From: Chiloscyllium plagiosum
Lineage: Eukaryota
Direction: 5' to 3'
Length of the DNA stretch: 35,166 nt
Assembly: GCF_004010195.1 (NCBI RefSeq)
Contig: NC_057718.1
Location: 31,419,622-31,454,787 of the forward strand
Shown one piece after another: positions 1 to 12,094 of the stretch. Made by a program: the position numbers and the translations under genes. Numbering within the stretch: the first letter of the stretch is position 1; every line of letters starts with the position of its first letter. The notes under the pieces are model-generated. The model had not been told where the DNA came from, did not search any database, and saw nothing but the letters and a program-made list of their open reading frames with translations.

Positions 1-310
1 AGGGATTTAGAAAGAATAAATAACGTGGGACTTTTCTCATTGCAGATTGGTCAGGAACCAGAGGACATCAATTTAAAATGCTTGACAAAGGAGCCATTGG
101 TGAGAATAAATCTTTTTTACGTAGTGAGTGGTCAGGATCTGAAATGCACTGTCTGAGAGTCTGTTGGAAGCAGATGCAATCATGGCTTTCAAAAGAAATA
201 GGATAAGCATCTGAAGAGAAAAAAAATTTGCAGGCTGTGGGAAGACTGGAAAGCTGTTTTCCTTGAGGCTCTGCAGAGCACAGAACTAGAATCCTGGCCT
301 TTTGTCGCAT
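1..310 (+). mobile_element. Old CR1-type LINE 3' remnant
   Basis: Decayed similarity to the 3' portions of the other CR1 copies in the window (AGAACCAGAGGACAT-like motif, TTTTTTACG..GAGTGGTCAGGATCTGAAATGCACTG); no intact ORF. Confidence 0.55.
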
Positions 311-410
311 CCATCATTGACATGGACTTGATTTTAGGGCACAAGATTCAGAAGTTCTCGGGTGATACAAAATTGGTTGTGTGATCAATAATGAAGAAGA
401 AAGCATGGAA

Positions 411-664
411 ATGGGTGACTGACTGTGTGGAGTTTGCACATTCTCCCCGTGTCTGTGTGGGTTTTACTCCAGGTGCTCTGGTTTCCTCCCACAGTCCAAA
501 AATGTGCAGGTTAGGTGAATTGGCCACGCTAAATTGCCCGTAGTGTTAGGTGCAGGGGTAAATGTAGGGGAATGGGACCAGCTTCGGCGGGTCGATGTGG
601 ACTTGTTGGGCCGAAGGGCCTGTTTCCACACTGTAAGTAATCTAATGTAAGTAATCTAATCTAA
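411..664 (+). mobile_element. HE1-type SINE, 5'-truncated
   Basis: Central TGTGTGGAGTTTGCACATTCTCCCCGTGTCTG domain and TTGGGCCGAAGGGCCTGTTTCCACACTG tail with (AATCT)n end, shared with copies at 7634, 9097 and 29520. Confidence 0.9.
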
Positions 665-961
665 GTAAAACAGTCACAAATGGAGTTCAATCCAGGTGAG
701 GTGAAAACTTGTGGAAGGGAAGGGAATATGCAATACCTGAAAGGATCCTGAGATGTATAAAGCAACAGGAGGCTTTTAGACTGAATGTTCATAGATTCCA
801 GAAGGTGGTTGAAATGGTAGAAAAGACCATTAGGAAGAGACATGGGATAATTGTCATTGTGAGCTCAGCCACAAGGTTATATTGGAACTTCATAAACACT
901 AGTTAGGCCACAATTAGAGTATTGCATGCAGTTCTGGTCTGAAGACTATAGGAAAGTTGTA

Positions 962-1057
962 ACAAAATCAGGTGTTGGAAAAACTCTAAGCTTGCCAGCA
1001 TCTATAGAAAGGAAAACAGAGTTAACGTTTCAAGTCCAGTAACTTTTCATCAGAACA
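962..1057 (-). mobile_element. Penelope-like 3'-end fragment carrying a hammerhead-like core
   Basis: Minus strand reads GTT CTGATGA A AAGT TACTGG ACTT GAAA CGTT AAC, followed by an AGATGCTG..TTTTCCAACACC block like 6884-6987 and 23146-23256. Confidence 0.6.
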
Positions 1058-1205
1058 GAAAAGGTATACTTGCACTAGAGGGATCAGAGATTTCTGAAGA
1101 TGTTGCCTACACTGGAGAATTTCACCTATGGGGTGAGGCTTGGTTTATTTTAGAACAGAGGAGATTGATTGGACTCTAAATAGTAATGTATAAAATTGTG
1201 AGGAG

Positions 1206-2437
1206 TCATAAGAACTAGGAGCAGGAGTGGGCAGTCTGGCCCTTCAAGCCTGCTTCGCCATTCAATAAGATCATGATTGATCTTTTCGTGGCCTCAGCTC
1301 CATTCAGCCCACCCCACCCCACCATATCCCTTAATTCCTTTATTGTTCAAACAAAATCTACCTTATCTTTAAAAACATTTACTGAAGTAGCATCAACTAC
1401 TTCACTGGGCAAGGAATTTCATAGATTTACAACCCTCTGGGTGAAGAAGTTCCTTCTCAATTCAGTCCTAAATCTACTCCCTCTAATCTTGAGGCAATGC
1501 TCTCTTGTCCTAGTTTCACCTGCCAGTGAAAACGTCCTCACTATGCCTATCTTATCTATTCACTTCATAATTTTATATGGTTCCATAATATCCCCCCTCA
1601 TTCTTTTAAATTCCAATGAATATAGTCCCAGTCTACTCAGCCTTTCCTCATAAGCCAAACCCCTCAACTCTGAAATCAATGTAGTAAATCTCCTCTGCAC
1701 CCCCTCTAGTGCCAGTACATCCTTTCTCAAGTAAGGAGACCAAAACTGCACACAGTATTCAAAGTGTGGCCTCACCAGCGCTGTACACAGCTGCAACATA
1801 ACCTCCCCTCTTTTAAACTCAAATCTCTTTAGCAATGAAGGACAACATTCCATTTACCTTCCTAATTACCTGTTGTACCTGCAGACCAACCTTCTGTGAT
1901 TCATGCTCAAGGACACCCAGGTCCCTCTGCACAGCAGCATGTTGCAACTTTTTACCATTCAAATAATAGACCTTTTTACTTTTACTCCTACCAAAATGGA
2001 TGACTTCACATGTATTAACATTGTATTCTCTCTGTCAGAACTTTGCCCATTCACTTAAAGTATCTATGTTCCTGCAAATTTTCAGAGTCCTCTTCACACT
2101 TCGCTCTCCCACTGATCTTAATGTCATCCACAAACTTTGACACACTACACTTGGTCCCCAACTCAAATCATCTCTGTAAATTGTGAATAATTGCAGTCCC
2201 AACACTGATCCCTGAGGAGGCACATCATTAGTCACTGATTGCCAACAGAATAGCATTCATTTGGTCATTTTCTATCTAGATGCCTTGCTATTTCTTCCTT
2301 GATAGTAGGCTCAAGCATCTTCCCCACTACAGAGGTTAAGCTAACCGGTCTATAATTCCCCATTTTCTGTCTCCCACCCTTTTTAAACAGTGACATCACA
2401 TTTGCTGCTTTCTAATCTGCTAGAATCTTGGTAATGT
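1206..2437 (-). mobile_element. CR1 LINE, 5'-truncated RT and 3' end
   Basis: ORFs 2035-2256 (VPPQGSVLG) and 1560-1853 (LVRPHFEYCVQFWSPYLRKD..EGVQRRFT..YEERLSRLGLYSLE) are CR1 RT motifs; the 3' tail reads CCTAGTTCTTATG at ~1208-1220. Confidence 0.92.
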
Positions 2438-2944
2438 TGATAGAAAGGCCTTATCCCTTTGGTAGAGGAGTCTATAACTAGGGAACATGGTTGAGGATAT
2501 GAAGTAGGATATTTAGAGCATATCTGATGGAAGTGTTTTGCCCAGAGTATATAGCATGTCTGAAACTCACTACCTAAAAGATTGGTAGATTCAGGAATCC
2601 TCATTACAGTCAAAAGTACTTGAAAACGTATTTGTAACGTCGTAACTTACAAAGCTGTATACCAAAAGCTGGAAAGTGAGTTTCGATTGGATGTGTCCTT
2701 GTCAACAAGACATTCTAAAATGGGATGAATGGCCTCTGTTATGATTTTTTAAAATTCAATGAAAGGGATGAGCTTAGTCGTTCTTGCAGAGAATCAGCAT
2801 CAGCACAAGTGGTTGAATGGTTTGAATGAATAAATGTATAAATGAATGGATGATTTTATTGTCACATATATCTAGGAAGATATAGTGAAAGGTGTTTTGT
2901 CACCCCAATCCAGTGAGTTACAATAAGAATAAAAAGAAATTACC

Positions 2945-3100
2945 TGAATAGAGTCCATCTTCTGTTCCAATTGGTTCTCAAGCAAGGCTCCAGCGCTTCT
3001 GAAGGGTCTCTGTGAGGTGTTCCAGGCCACAGTGTCCCTGTTCTGGATACAGCAACAATACACCAATGCCCCAGGAGAACCTGGCTCCCTTCTGCTGCCG
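2945..3100 (-). pseudogene. Possible decayed Harbinger Myb/SANT-like exon
   Basis: Frameshifted minus-strand reading gives ARFS..GAL..VLL..NRDTV..ETLQKRWS and ends at a donor-like CAG|GTAATT (2945/2944). This resembles the N-terminal exon at 18300-18470, but the match is weak. Confidence 0.3.
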
Positions 3101-4199
3101 CCTCATCAACACCACCAAGACACTCTGCTCTGGGCATACCACTGCCAGGAGTCGCTACTCCAGGCACTGCCACCATCGCAGCCAATGCCTTCTAGTTTCC
3201 TTCTGGTGCTAGATCCATTCTATTAATCTCTCAATTTCTAGCACTTCAACCTGCATTAGATAAGCCTTTTGTGTTATAGAGCAAACCATTCAAAGTCAGA
3301 AGTCATACTGGTGAGCAAACAGTTAGCATTGAAATCAATATTGACAATAATAGTGGTTACATACTTTACACTTTCATGTGATAGTCCTTTGTAGTTTTAG
3401 TGAAGGGATTAACCCATTAAAAATAAACCAGCAAAGTCACTGAATAACTAATGTGATCAATTTATGTTTTAAAGCAAAAAACAACAAACTGTCTTTTTAA
3501 GTTGAAGATGCTCTTGTTATAACAGTAGTTCATCAATACAACGATATTTTTGTCCTTACAAATGGAGCATACATTGAGAGAATATAATGAGAAAGCTATA
3601 GCCTTCATTAACAGTAAGTTGATTCAAACTCTGTCTGCATTTATCAGGTTTTTGTTGTACTTCGAGGACTTCCACAGTATTATGTTACTGGAGGAGGACT
3701 GGCAAGAGCACAAAAGGATGGACTTGGTGAAATGGCACATGTTGTGCAGCATAATGCCCACTACACTACTACACAGCAGGTCTCCAGTAACAGGTATAGT
3801 TAACCTGTCTAAACAATCTGATTGTTAGCAGTAAAACATTGATCGAGCTATCTTCTGGACAATATTTACCATCTGAAATCACTGCCAACGGCTGTCAAAG
3901 TCAGTATGGCCTTTCAATTTTATTCTGAGTTCTTTTCTTGGCTTGAGCCTGGTCACTGAACCCAACTGAAGTTTAGAACGTATCACTGTTTTCTAACGAC
4001 TGAATGAAGTTACAAAATATCATTCAGCAGTTGCAACTGCATCAATGTCCTTGACCAATAACAGCAATGTAACAAAGTAACATAATTCCTCAGATGTGAT
4101 ATTTTCAAAACCAAAAGATCTTTGATTCACTCCATATTGTTAGTTGAGTCTCAATGCACAATATTGTGCCTTCCTGGTCCTTATGCACTTCTTAAGATC

Positions 4200-5610
4200 T
4201 CAACTGGACATGGCCTGCATCGATCCAAATTTTTTATTCCTCTCTGACCACAGGAGAGGTTCCAAAGTACTGGAGGACAGCTAATCTAGATCCACTTTTC
4301 AAGAAAGATGTTAGGGATAAACCAGGGCCTAAGAAACAGATGAATGAGTCTCACATCAGTGGTCAGGAAACTGCTGCAGAAAATTCTGAAGGAGAGAATT
4401 GATCTCCACTTGGACAAGTAATGTTTGATCAAGATAGGGAGCATGGCTTTTATCAGATGGAGGTCATGCCTAACAAATTTGATAACCAGGTGTGCTGATG
4501 AGGGTAGTGCAGTTGATGTAGTTTATATGGTTTTCGTAAAAATCTTTGACGAAATCCCACGTGGGAGACTGATACACAAGGTAAAAGCTCATGGTATCCA
4601 TTTAACAGGTTGGATCCAAATTGGTTGAGTGGTAGGAGACAGAAGTGGTGAGAGAAGGCTATATGTGTGACTGGAGACCAGTGTTCAGTTGCATACAACA
4701 GGGATTATTGTTGGGACCTTTATTGTACATGATATACTTATATGAGAAAGCTATATATATATGAGAAAGTAAAGTCATATTAAATAAGTTTGTTGATGAC
4801 ACAATGATTGGCCGCATGGTTAATAGTGAGGAAGTAGTTATTAGTCTTCAGGACGAGACAGACCGATTGGTCAAATGGGAAGATCAGTGGCAGATGGAAT
4901 TTAACCCTGGAAAGCGTAAGGTGATGCACTTTGGTAGAAGTAACAAGACAAGGGTGTCATCAGTGACTAGCAGGACACTAGAAGGCTCAGAGGAACAGAG
5001 ATATTGAGATGCTTGTCCACATATCCCTGAAGGTGGCAGGACAAGTTAATAGTGTGCTTAAGAAGCTATACAGACACTTGCATTCATTAGTCATGGGATA
5101 CATTATAAGAGCATGGAGGTTATTATTGGAGCTGTACAAAATTTTGGTTATGCCACAACTAGAGCACTATGTGCAGTTCTGGTCTCCAGGAAGGATGTGA
5201 TTGCACCTGACAGGGTGCAAAGGAGATTCACCAGTACGTTGCCTGGGTTGGAGCATTTTAGCTATGGAGAGAAGCTGGATAGGCTCGGATTGTTTTCTTT
5301 AGACCAGAGAAGGCTGAGGAGGGACCTGATTAGGGTTATATGATTACGAGGGACATGGACAGAGTGGACAGCAAGCATTTGTTCACCTTAGATCAATAAA
5401 GGAGTGCATAATTTTAAGGTGAAGAGAGAAGGTGATTTGAGGAAATCATTTTCCACCCAGCGGGTGGGATGTTTAAAAAGTAAATGGATGAGTACACAGT
5501 TAGAAAGTCTTAACATTCGAGGCTATAGGCCAAGTGGATGAATGTAGGTAGATTGACATAGACTGAATTGGCCGAAGGGCTTCTTCTGTGCTATATGAGT
5601 CTCTGATTAT
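4200..5610 (+). mobile_element. CR1 LINE ORF2 (RT) remnant with 3' end
   Basis: RSCLTNL, VDVVYM..KIFDEIP..RL, KFVDDT, WQMEFNPGK, PQLEHYVQFWS, LDRLGLFSL; the 3' tail GGCCGAAGGGCTTCTTCTGTGCT is at ~5570-5592. Confidence 0.9.
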
Positions 5611-5932
5611 GACCAGCACATAACCATGCATTTGGCTTCCCAAATTTTTTCACAATGATCATGGGCAGCTTCCATACCCTACTTATCACAGCCTTGATTG
5701 AAGCCTCATTCGTTTGCTACAACTGCTCAGGAATGATATCGCTAATAAATGTTATGTTTCTGATATTCCTCACACAGGTTGATTGGACTCAGCTCAAATG
5801 GATCCAGCAGTGCCAGATGCTATTGTCACATTAATACAAAGACAGCGTAGCTACAGAATATTGAAGAGATTCAAAGGTATAAGCAAACCCAGGAACAACA
5901 GCAATCCCCATTAGATGCCAAACACTATCCAT

Positions 5933-6535
5933 ATGGAGAAAGAACAGCAGACTCATCCCCTCAGGATGCAGAGGAGGTTTAGAAGACTGAGAATGTCGAG
6001 ATCTTGCTGTCATTTCCTTCAGATGAGCGAAGGAGAGTGCAGGCACAGACGGAGGTTGTCCCAGGACAACATAACACTGTGATGTTGTCTGCTGGTGCAT
6101 GCCTTGTGTTCTGAAGGATTTAGTGGCTAACCGAGCCCAGTGACCATCAGGGTGAGAGCAGCCCTTAACTTTCATGCATTTGGCTCATTCTGAGCATCAA
6201 ATGGGAACCTGTGTAGAATCTCCCAATCCTCATCCTTAAGGATGTTATGAATATAATTAGTGCAAGATTAGACTGCTTAATCTTATTTCCCCATGGCAAG
6301 GTCAGTGCTACAGCCTGGGCAGTGGGATTTGCAAACAGCACTGTCTTCCCCAAGTGCAAACTGTATACATTGTATACATGATGCATTGAAAATATGATAT
6401 TATAGCACTGCTGAACTCATGAACAGAAGTGGGTTCCACTTGATCAATGCCCTATCCACCTGTGATCATCACAGCAACATCTTAGTGGTCTGTGCTGGCT
6501 ATCCTAGAAGCTGTCAGGTGCCAATATCCTTGATC
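5933..6535 (+). pseudogene. Decayed PIF/Harbinger (HARBI1-like, DDE_Tnp_4) transposase
   Basis: Collinear motifs: FLQMSEGECRHRRRLS (6014), PVTIRVRAALNFHAFGSF*ASNGNLCRISQSS (6137), GF..FPQVQ..IHCIH (cf. GFPxVxGAIDCTH), MNRSGFHLINA..CDHHSNILVVCAGYPRSC (cf. NRKGFHSxNVQxVCD..YPGSCHD); interrupted by stops and frameshifts. Confidence 0.8.
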
Positions 6536-6612
6536 ATCCTGAATATGTTTTTAAAACAATTTTCCTTCAATCTTCATAATATTTCTTCATGACTCTTCTT
6601 TGAGAATCCTGA

Positions 6613-6863
6613 CTGGGAATTCCAAAACTGGAGGTCGGCACCCTAGGTGGGGTCACAAACTGAAAATGCAGGGATCACTGAAGCAGCAATGAACTTCATC
6701 TCCCTTCCTCCTCTTTTACAGGTCTTTTCTCATCCCTCTCCGTCCCCACCTTGCTTTGATGGGCACTCCCTTTGTCTACCCCACTTCTGTTTTCAGTGAG
6801 GGGCTACAACAATTTTCAAGTCTCAAAATGGGTTTATTGTGGGAAGGGATTTGGGAATCTCTG
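6613..6863. mobile_element. Putative hAT-type MITE
   Basis: Imperfect terminal inverted repeats CTGGGAATTCCAAA / TTTGGGAATCTCTG with subterminal GGGGTC-like motifs; no clean 8-bp TSD seen. Confidence 0.35.
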
Positions 6864-6883
6864 TTCTATGTCTTTACAGGCCA

Positions 6884-6987
6884 CAGAATATTCCTGTTCA
6901 TCAGATGCTGCCTGACCAGCTGTTCTTTTCTAGCACCACACTCTTCAATTCTGATCTCCAGCATCCACAGTCCTCATTTTCTCCTAA
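6884..6987 (+). mobile_element. Penelope-like 3'-terminal fragment
   Basis: Near-copy of 23160-23256 (CAGATGCTGCCTGA..TTTTCTAGCACCAC..GATCTCCAGCATC..CAGTCCTCA). Confidence 0.7.
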
Positions 6988-7633
6988 TAGACTTGAGCCT
7001 GGTGGGGAAAGCAAGCAATGAACCTTTCTTGTTCCTTACTAAAGCCAAATCAATTATGTCCTTGAAACCCGCAAGGAATCCTCTTCCTTCGAGACTATCA
7101 CCCCTCCTCCTTTTCTTCTTTTCTGTCTGCCCTGAACAGTCTTTAACTAGGAATATTTAACTCCTGTTCTGCCCTTCTTTCAACCAGATATCTGTCATCA
7201 CCAGCACATCATAGTTCCATGTGGCAAATCATGCCTGTGACTCATCAATTTGATTTATTATACTTTCACATGCAGCATAACTCTGATTTAGAATGCTTTA
7301 AGTTCTCCCTTACTCTGACTCCAGCAATTAAATTTATGTTCTCCATTCTAGTCCCAACTATCTCCAAGTATTTTGTGTATCCTGATATTCCTTTCTAATC
7401 TTCTTTTCTGGTTCAAACACTCCTGAAAAGTTGATTTAAAACTTCCCAACAGTAATAGCAAACCACCCTACAAGGAACTCAGTGCTGGTACAGAACAGGT
7501 GCAAACCCTTTGGTTTGTACAGGTGACATCTCCCAGTATCTCAGGGATTTGAAACCTTCCATCCTGCAACATTTGAAACCATCCTTCAGCCATGCATTCA
7601 TCTCTCTAGAGGTCCTATTTCTGTACTCATTTG

Positions 7634-7935
7634 ATTAGATTAGATTACTTAGTGTGGAAACAGGCCCTTCGGCTCAACAAGTCCACACCGCCCCACCGAA
7701 GCGCAACCCACCCATACCCCTACCTTTACCCCTTACCTAACACTACGGGCATTTAGCATGGCCAGTTCACCTGACCTGCACATCTTTGGACTGTGGGAGG
7801 AAACCAGAGCACCCAGAGGAAACCCACGGGGAGAACGTGCAAACTCCACACAGTCAGTCACCTGAGGCGGGAATTGAACCCGGGTCTCTGGTGCTGTGAG
7901 GCAGCAGTGCTAACCACTGTGCCACCGTGCTGCCC
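7634..7935 (-). mobile_element. HE1-type SINE, full length
   Basis: The tRNA-derived head has A box (TGGCACAGTGG) and B box (GGTTCAATTCC); central domain, CR1-like tail and (AATCT)n end are present; CATTTG lies on both flanks. Confidence 0.93.
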
Positions 7936-8582
7936 ACATTTGTACATGTTAGTGGGAATAATTCAGTAATTACTACATTTGAAGTCCTCCCTGCTAAATT
8001 TCTACCCTGCTTCCTNNNNNCTAATCTGGACCATGACCTTTGGCTGATCACCCATCCCCAAGAAAATGTCCTGCAGCCTCTCTGTGACCCTTTTGACCCT
8101 AGTACTATCCGAGATCTATATCCATGACTTTAGAAGCACCTGTCTGCTCCCCTAATTAATGATCCTTTAACATTGCTCTTGTTCCACTTTCTTTCCTTCC
8201 CTCCTGTACCGGTGGTGACACAGGCTTGGCGCTTGCTGCACTCCTCTGAGGAACCATCACCCTCACCATTATCCAAAGTGGAAAACCAGTTCTTGAGTGC
8301 AGCCTCAGAGGAACCCTGCACTACCTTCATGTTCCTCTTGGACTGTCACCCATTCTCTACCTGCTTGCTTGCCACTAACTCATGATGTGCCCATTGCTCT
8401 GAATGTGTTATCCACACAACTCTCAGCCTCATGGATGCACAGTTGTGATTCCAGGCACTGCATGAGTCCTGAAACCTGTTTCGAGAGCTGGTGACACTTC
8501 CTGTACTTATGTTCATGTAGACCATGCAAAGTACCCATGATTTCTGACATGTCACAAGATGGGGACTCCACAAGACTGAGTT

Positions 8583-8668
8583 AGAGACAAAAAAAACTGC
8601 AGATGCTGGAATCCAAAGTAGACAAACAGGAGTTTAGAAGAACACAGTAAGCCAGGCAGCATCAGGAG
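8583..8668 (-). mobile_element. Penelope-like 3'-terminal fragment
   Basis: Reverse complement contains GATGCTGCCTGGC..GTGTTCTTC..CCAGCATCTGCAG, as at 23175-23243. Confidence 0.65.
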
Positions 8669-9096
8669 CTGCCCTGCCACACCGATGAACGATCACCTAA
8701 CAACCCGAGATTAGAAACTAATTAAATGTAATTCTCCTGTGATATCCCTTTTTGGTATACTTTTTCCTTCAAACTCAGACATACCATGTACCTTTATAAT
8801 TCCTGGTCACCTGGAGGCTGACAAAAATAGAAGAACAAAGAGCACCCCTCTCCTACTGTCACTGAACAGTTACTCACCAAACTCTCAGCAATCCACTCTG
8901 TCTTGGAAGCACTAGGTTTCAGAGCACTGCTCCTTCATCAGGTGGTTGTGGAGTATAAGATCATAAGACACAGAATTTATAGCAAAAATTCAGTGTGATT
9001 GAAATTGTATATTGAAAAGGGTCTTGGATTGTTTGTTCAGTCTCTCATCTTTTAGAATGACCATGTTGGCTTCAGTTCTTTCATATGTAAATCCCA

Positions 9097-9401
9097 AGCA
9101 CGGTGGCTCAGTGGTTAGCACTGCTGCCTCACAGTACCAGGGACCTGGGTTCGAATCCAGCCTTAGATGACTGTCTGTGTGGCGTTTGCACGTTCTCCCA
9201 GTGTCTGCATGGGTTTCCTCCAGGTGCTCCGGTTTCCTCCCACAGTTCAAAGGGAGGTCATGTGAATTGGCCATGTTGAATTGCCCATAGTGTTAGGTGC
9301 ATTAGTCAGAGGGAAATGGGTCTGGGCGAGTTACTCTTCGGAGGGTCGGTGTGGACTGGTTGGGCCGAAGGGCCTGTTTTCACACTGTTGGGAATCTAAT
9401 C
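9097..9401 (+). mobile_element. HE1-type SINE, full length
   Basis: A box TGGCTCAGTGG, B box GGTTCGAATCC, central domain, and TTGGGCCGAAGGGCCTG tail with AATCTAATC end. Confidence 0.93.
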
Positions 9402-9547
9402 CTCAAGTGAACATTAACAATAGATGCCATGCTGGCCCAAATAAATGCATTGAAGGTGCCCTGTGTGAAGGATGCCATGCTGGCCCTGTCTGCGCCCCAA
9501 TGTTCAGACTGATTCAATGTCTAAAAATGGGATTTATGGAATCTTAC

Positions 9548-12094
9548 TGGGAGTTATGTACAGACTTCCCAGCAGTGGTCAGGACCAGGGATGCAAGATG
9601 TACTGGGAAATAGATAGGATATGTCGGAAAGGCAAGGTCAATCTGATCATGGGGGACTTTAATATGCAAATGGACTGGGTGAATAATATTGCCAGTGGAT
9701 CCAAAGGAAGGGAATTTATGGAATGCATACAGGATGGCTTTTTGGAACAGTTTGTGATGGAGCCCACAAGGGAGGAGGCTATTCTGGATTTAGTGCTATG
9801 AAATGAGCCAGACTTTATAAAAGATCTTAAAGTAAGGGAACATTTAGGAGGCAGCGACCATAATATGGTAGAGTTCAGTCTGCAGTTTGAAAGAGAGAAG
9901 GCAAAATCAAATGTAAAGGTACTACAGTCAAGTAAAGGTAATTACAGGGAGAGGAACTGACAAAAATCGACTGGAAGCAGGGCCTAGTGGGGAAGACAGT
10001 CGAGTAGCAATGGCAGGAGTTTCTAGGTGTAATTGAGGACACAGTACACAAGTTCATCCCAAAGAGAAAAAGATTATCTGCGGGGTGGAGGAGGGCCATA
10101 TAACAGCCACGGCTGACAAAGGAAGTCAAGAAATGTATTAAAGAAAAAGCGAGAGCCTATACAGTGGCCAAGAGCACTGGGAAATCAGAAGATTGGGCTG
10201 ACAACAAAAACAAACAGAGGATAACAAAGAGAGAAATAAGGAAGGAGAGGATCAAATATAAAAGTAGGCCAACCAGTAATATTAGAAATGATGGTAAAAA
10301 TTTCTTTCAATACATAAGAAACAAACGAGAGGCAGAAGTAGAAATTGGGCCGTTCCAAATTGATACAGGAAGGCTAGTGATGGGAGATAAAGAAATAGCT
10401 GAAGAACTCAATAAGTACTTTGTGTCAGTCTTCACAGTAGAAGACATGAGTATTATCCCAACAACTAAGGAGAGTTGGGGGCAAAGTTGAGTATGGTAGC
10501 TATTACAAAAGAGCAAGTGCGAGAAAAGCTAAAAGGTCAAAAAATTGATAAATCCCTTGACCCCAATGGGCTACATCCTAGATTTCTGAGGGAGGTGGCT
10601 GAGGAAATAGTGGAGGCATTGGTTGTGATCTTTCAAAGATCACTGGAGTCAGGGAAAGTCCCAGATGATTGGAAAATCACTGTTGTAACCCCCTTGTTCA
10701 AGAAAGGATTAAGACAAAAGATGGAAAATTATAGGCCAATTAGCCTAATCTCCGTTGTCGGTAAAATTCTGGAATTCATAGTTAAGGATGAGATTTCTAA
10801 ATTCTTGGAAGCAGGGTTGGATTAAAACAAGTCAGCATGGATTTAGTAAGGAGAGGTCATGCCTGACAAACCTGTTAGAATTCTTTGAAGAGGTAACAAA
10901 TAGGTTAGACCAGGGAAACCCAGTGGATGTTATCTATCTAGGCTTCCAAAAAACCTTTGATAAAGTGCCACACGGGAGGCTGCTGAGTAAGATGAGCTAT
11001 TGGCATGGATTGAGGTTTGGCTGTCTGACAGAAGGCAGAGAGTTGGGATACAGGTTCTTTTTCGGAATAGTAGCTAGTGACAAGTAGTGTCCCGCAGTGT
11101 TCAGTGTTGGGGGCAGCAGCTGTTCACTTCATCTTAATGATCTGGATGAAGAGACTGGGGGCATTCTGGCGAAGTTTGCCGATGATACACAGTTAGGTGG
11201 ACAGGTAGGTAGTTCTGAGGAGGTGAGGAGGCTGCAGAAAGATTTAGACAGTTTAGGAGAGTGGTTCAGGAAATGGCTGATGAAATTCAATGTGAGCAAA
11301 TGTGAGGTCTCACACTTTGGAAAAAGAATACAGGCATGGACTATTTTCTAAACGGTGAGAAAATTCATAAAGCCAAAGTACAAAGGGATCTGGGAGTGCT
11401 AGTCCAGGATTCTCTAAAGGTTGACTTGCAGGTTGACTCCATGGTTAAGAAAGCAAATGTAATGTTGTCATTTATCTCAAGAGGGTTGGAATATAAAAGC
11501 AGTGATGTGTTACTGAGACTTTATAATGCTCCAGTTAGGCCCCATTTAGAATAATGTGTCCAATTTTGGGCTCCAAACCTTAGGAACACATACTGGCACT
11601 GGACCGTGTCCAGCAGAGATTCACATAGATGATCCCTGGAATACAGGCCTAACATACAATGAATGACTGCGGATCCTGGGATTGTATTCATTAGAGTTTA
11701 GAAGGCTGAGGGGAGGTCTAATAAAAATCCCAAGATAATGAATGGCTTGGAAAGGGTGGATGCTAGGAATTTGTTTCCATCAGGCAGGGATACTAGGACC
11801 TGTGGGCATAACCTTAGAATTAGAGGAGGTCAATTTATAATGTAAATAACGAGACATTTCTCCAGCCAGTGAGTGGTGGGCCTGTGGAATTCATTGCCAC
11901 AGCGCAGTGGAGGCTGGGACGTTAAATGTCTTCAAGGCAGAGATTGATCAATTCTTGATTTCGCAAGGAATTAAGGGCTATGGGGAAAGTGCGGATAAGT
12001 GGAGTTGAAATTCCCATCAGCCATGATTGAATGGCAGAGTGATCTCGATGGGCCGAATGGCCTTACTTCTCCTCCTATGTCTTATGGTCTTATG
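9548..12094 (+). mobile_element. CR1 LINE ORF2 (APE endonuclease C-half plus RT) and 3' end, 5'-truncated and frameshifted
   Basis: GVMYRLP, IMGDFN, PTREEAILDLVL, GSDH, NYRPISLISVVGKILE, QHGF..RSCLTNLLEFFE, FDKVPH, KFADDT, WLMKFNVSKC, VRPHLE; tail CCTATGTCTTATGGTCTTATG. Confidence 0.96.

Larger units (their letters stand above)
320..2745 (+). mobile_element. Old CR1 LINE RT/3' remnant, split by three younger insertions (SINE 411-664, Penelope end 962-1057, CR1 1206-2437)
   Basis: Pieces read K-F-S-G-D-T-K (352-372, FADDTK-like), M-E-F-N-P (680), L-V-R-P-Q-L-E-Y-C-M-Q-F-W-S (899-940). The 3' region resumes at ~2440 and ends near ATGAATGGCCTCTG (~2740). Confidence 0.7.
6990..8760 (-). mobile_element. 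CR1 LINE 5' portion (ORF1 zinc-finger/esterase and start of ORF2), decayed, interrupted by SINE 7634-7935 and a Penelope end at 8583-8668
   Basis: SCDMSEI..RKCHQL..LESQLCIHEAESCVDNTF (8380-8571), VKGSLIRGADRCF (GDS-block-like), RTSNVVITELFP and LYKPKGLHL (DGLHL-like) match the CR1 ORF1 layout. Confidence 0.75.

Noticed and set aside
3735..3782. Minus-strand VVGIMLHNM resembling the Harbinger C-terminal LHN motif
   Set aside because: A single short motif with no supporting neighbours.
9097..9170. SINE heads as tRNA genes
   Set aside because: A and B boxes are present but they run directly into the SINE body without a complete acceptor stem.
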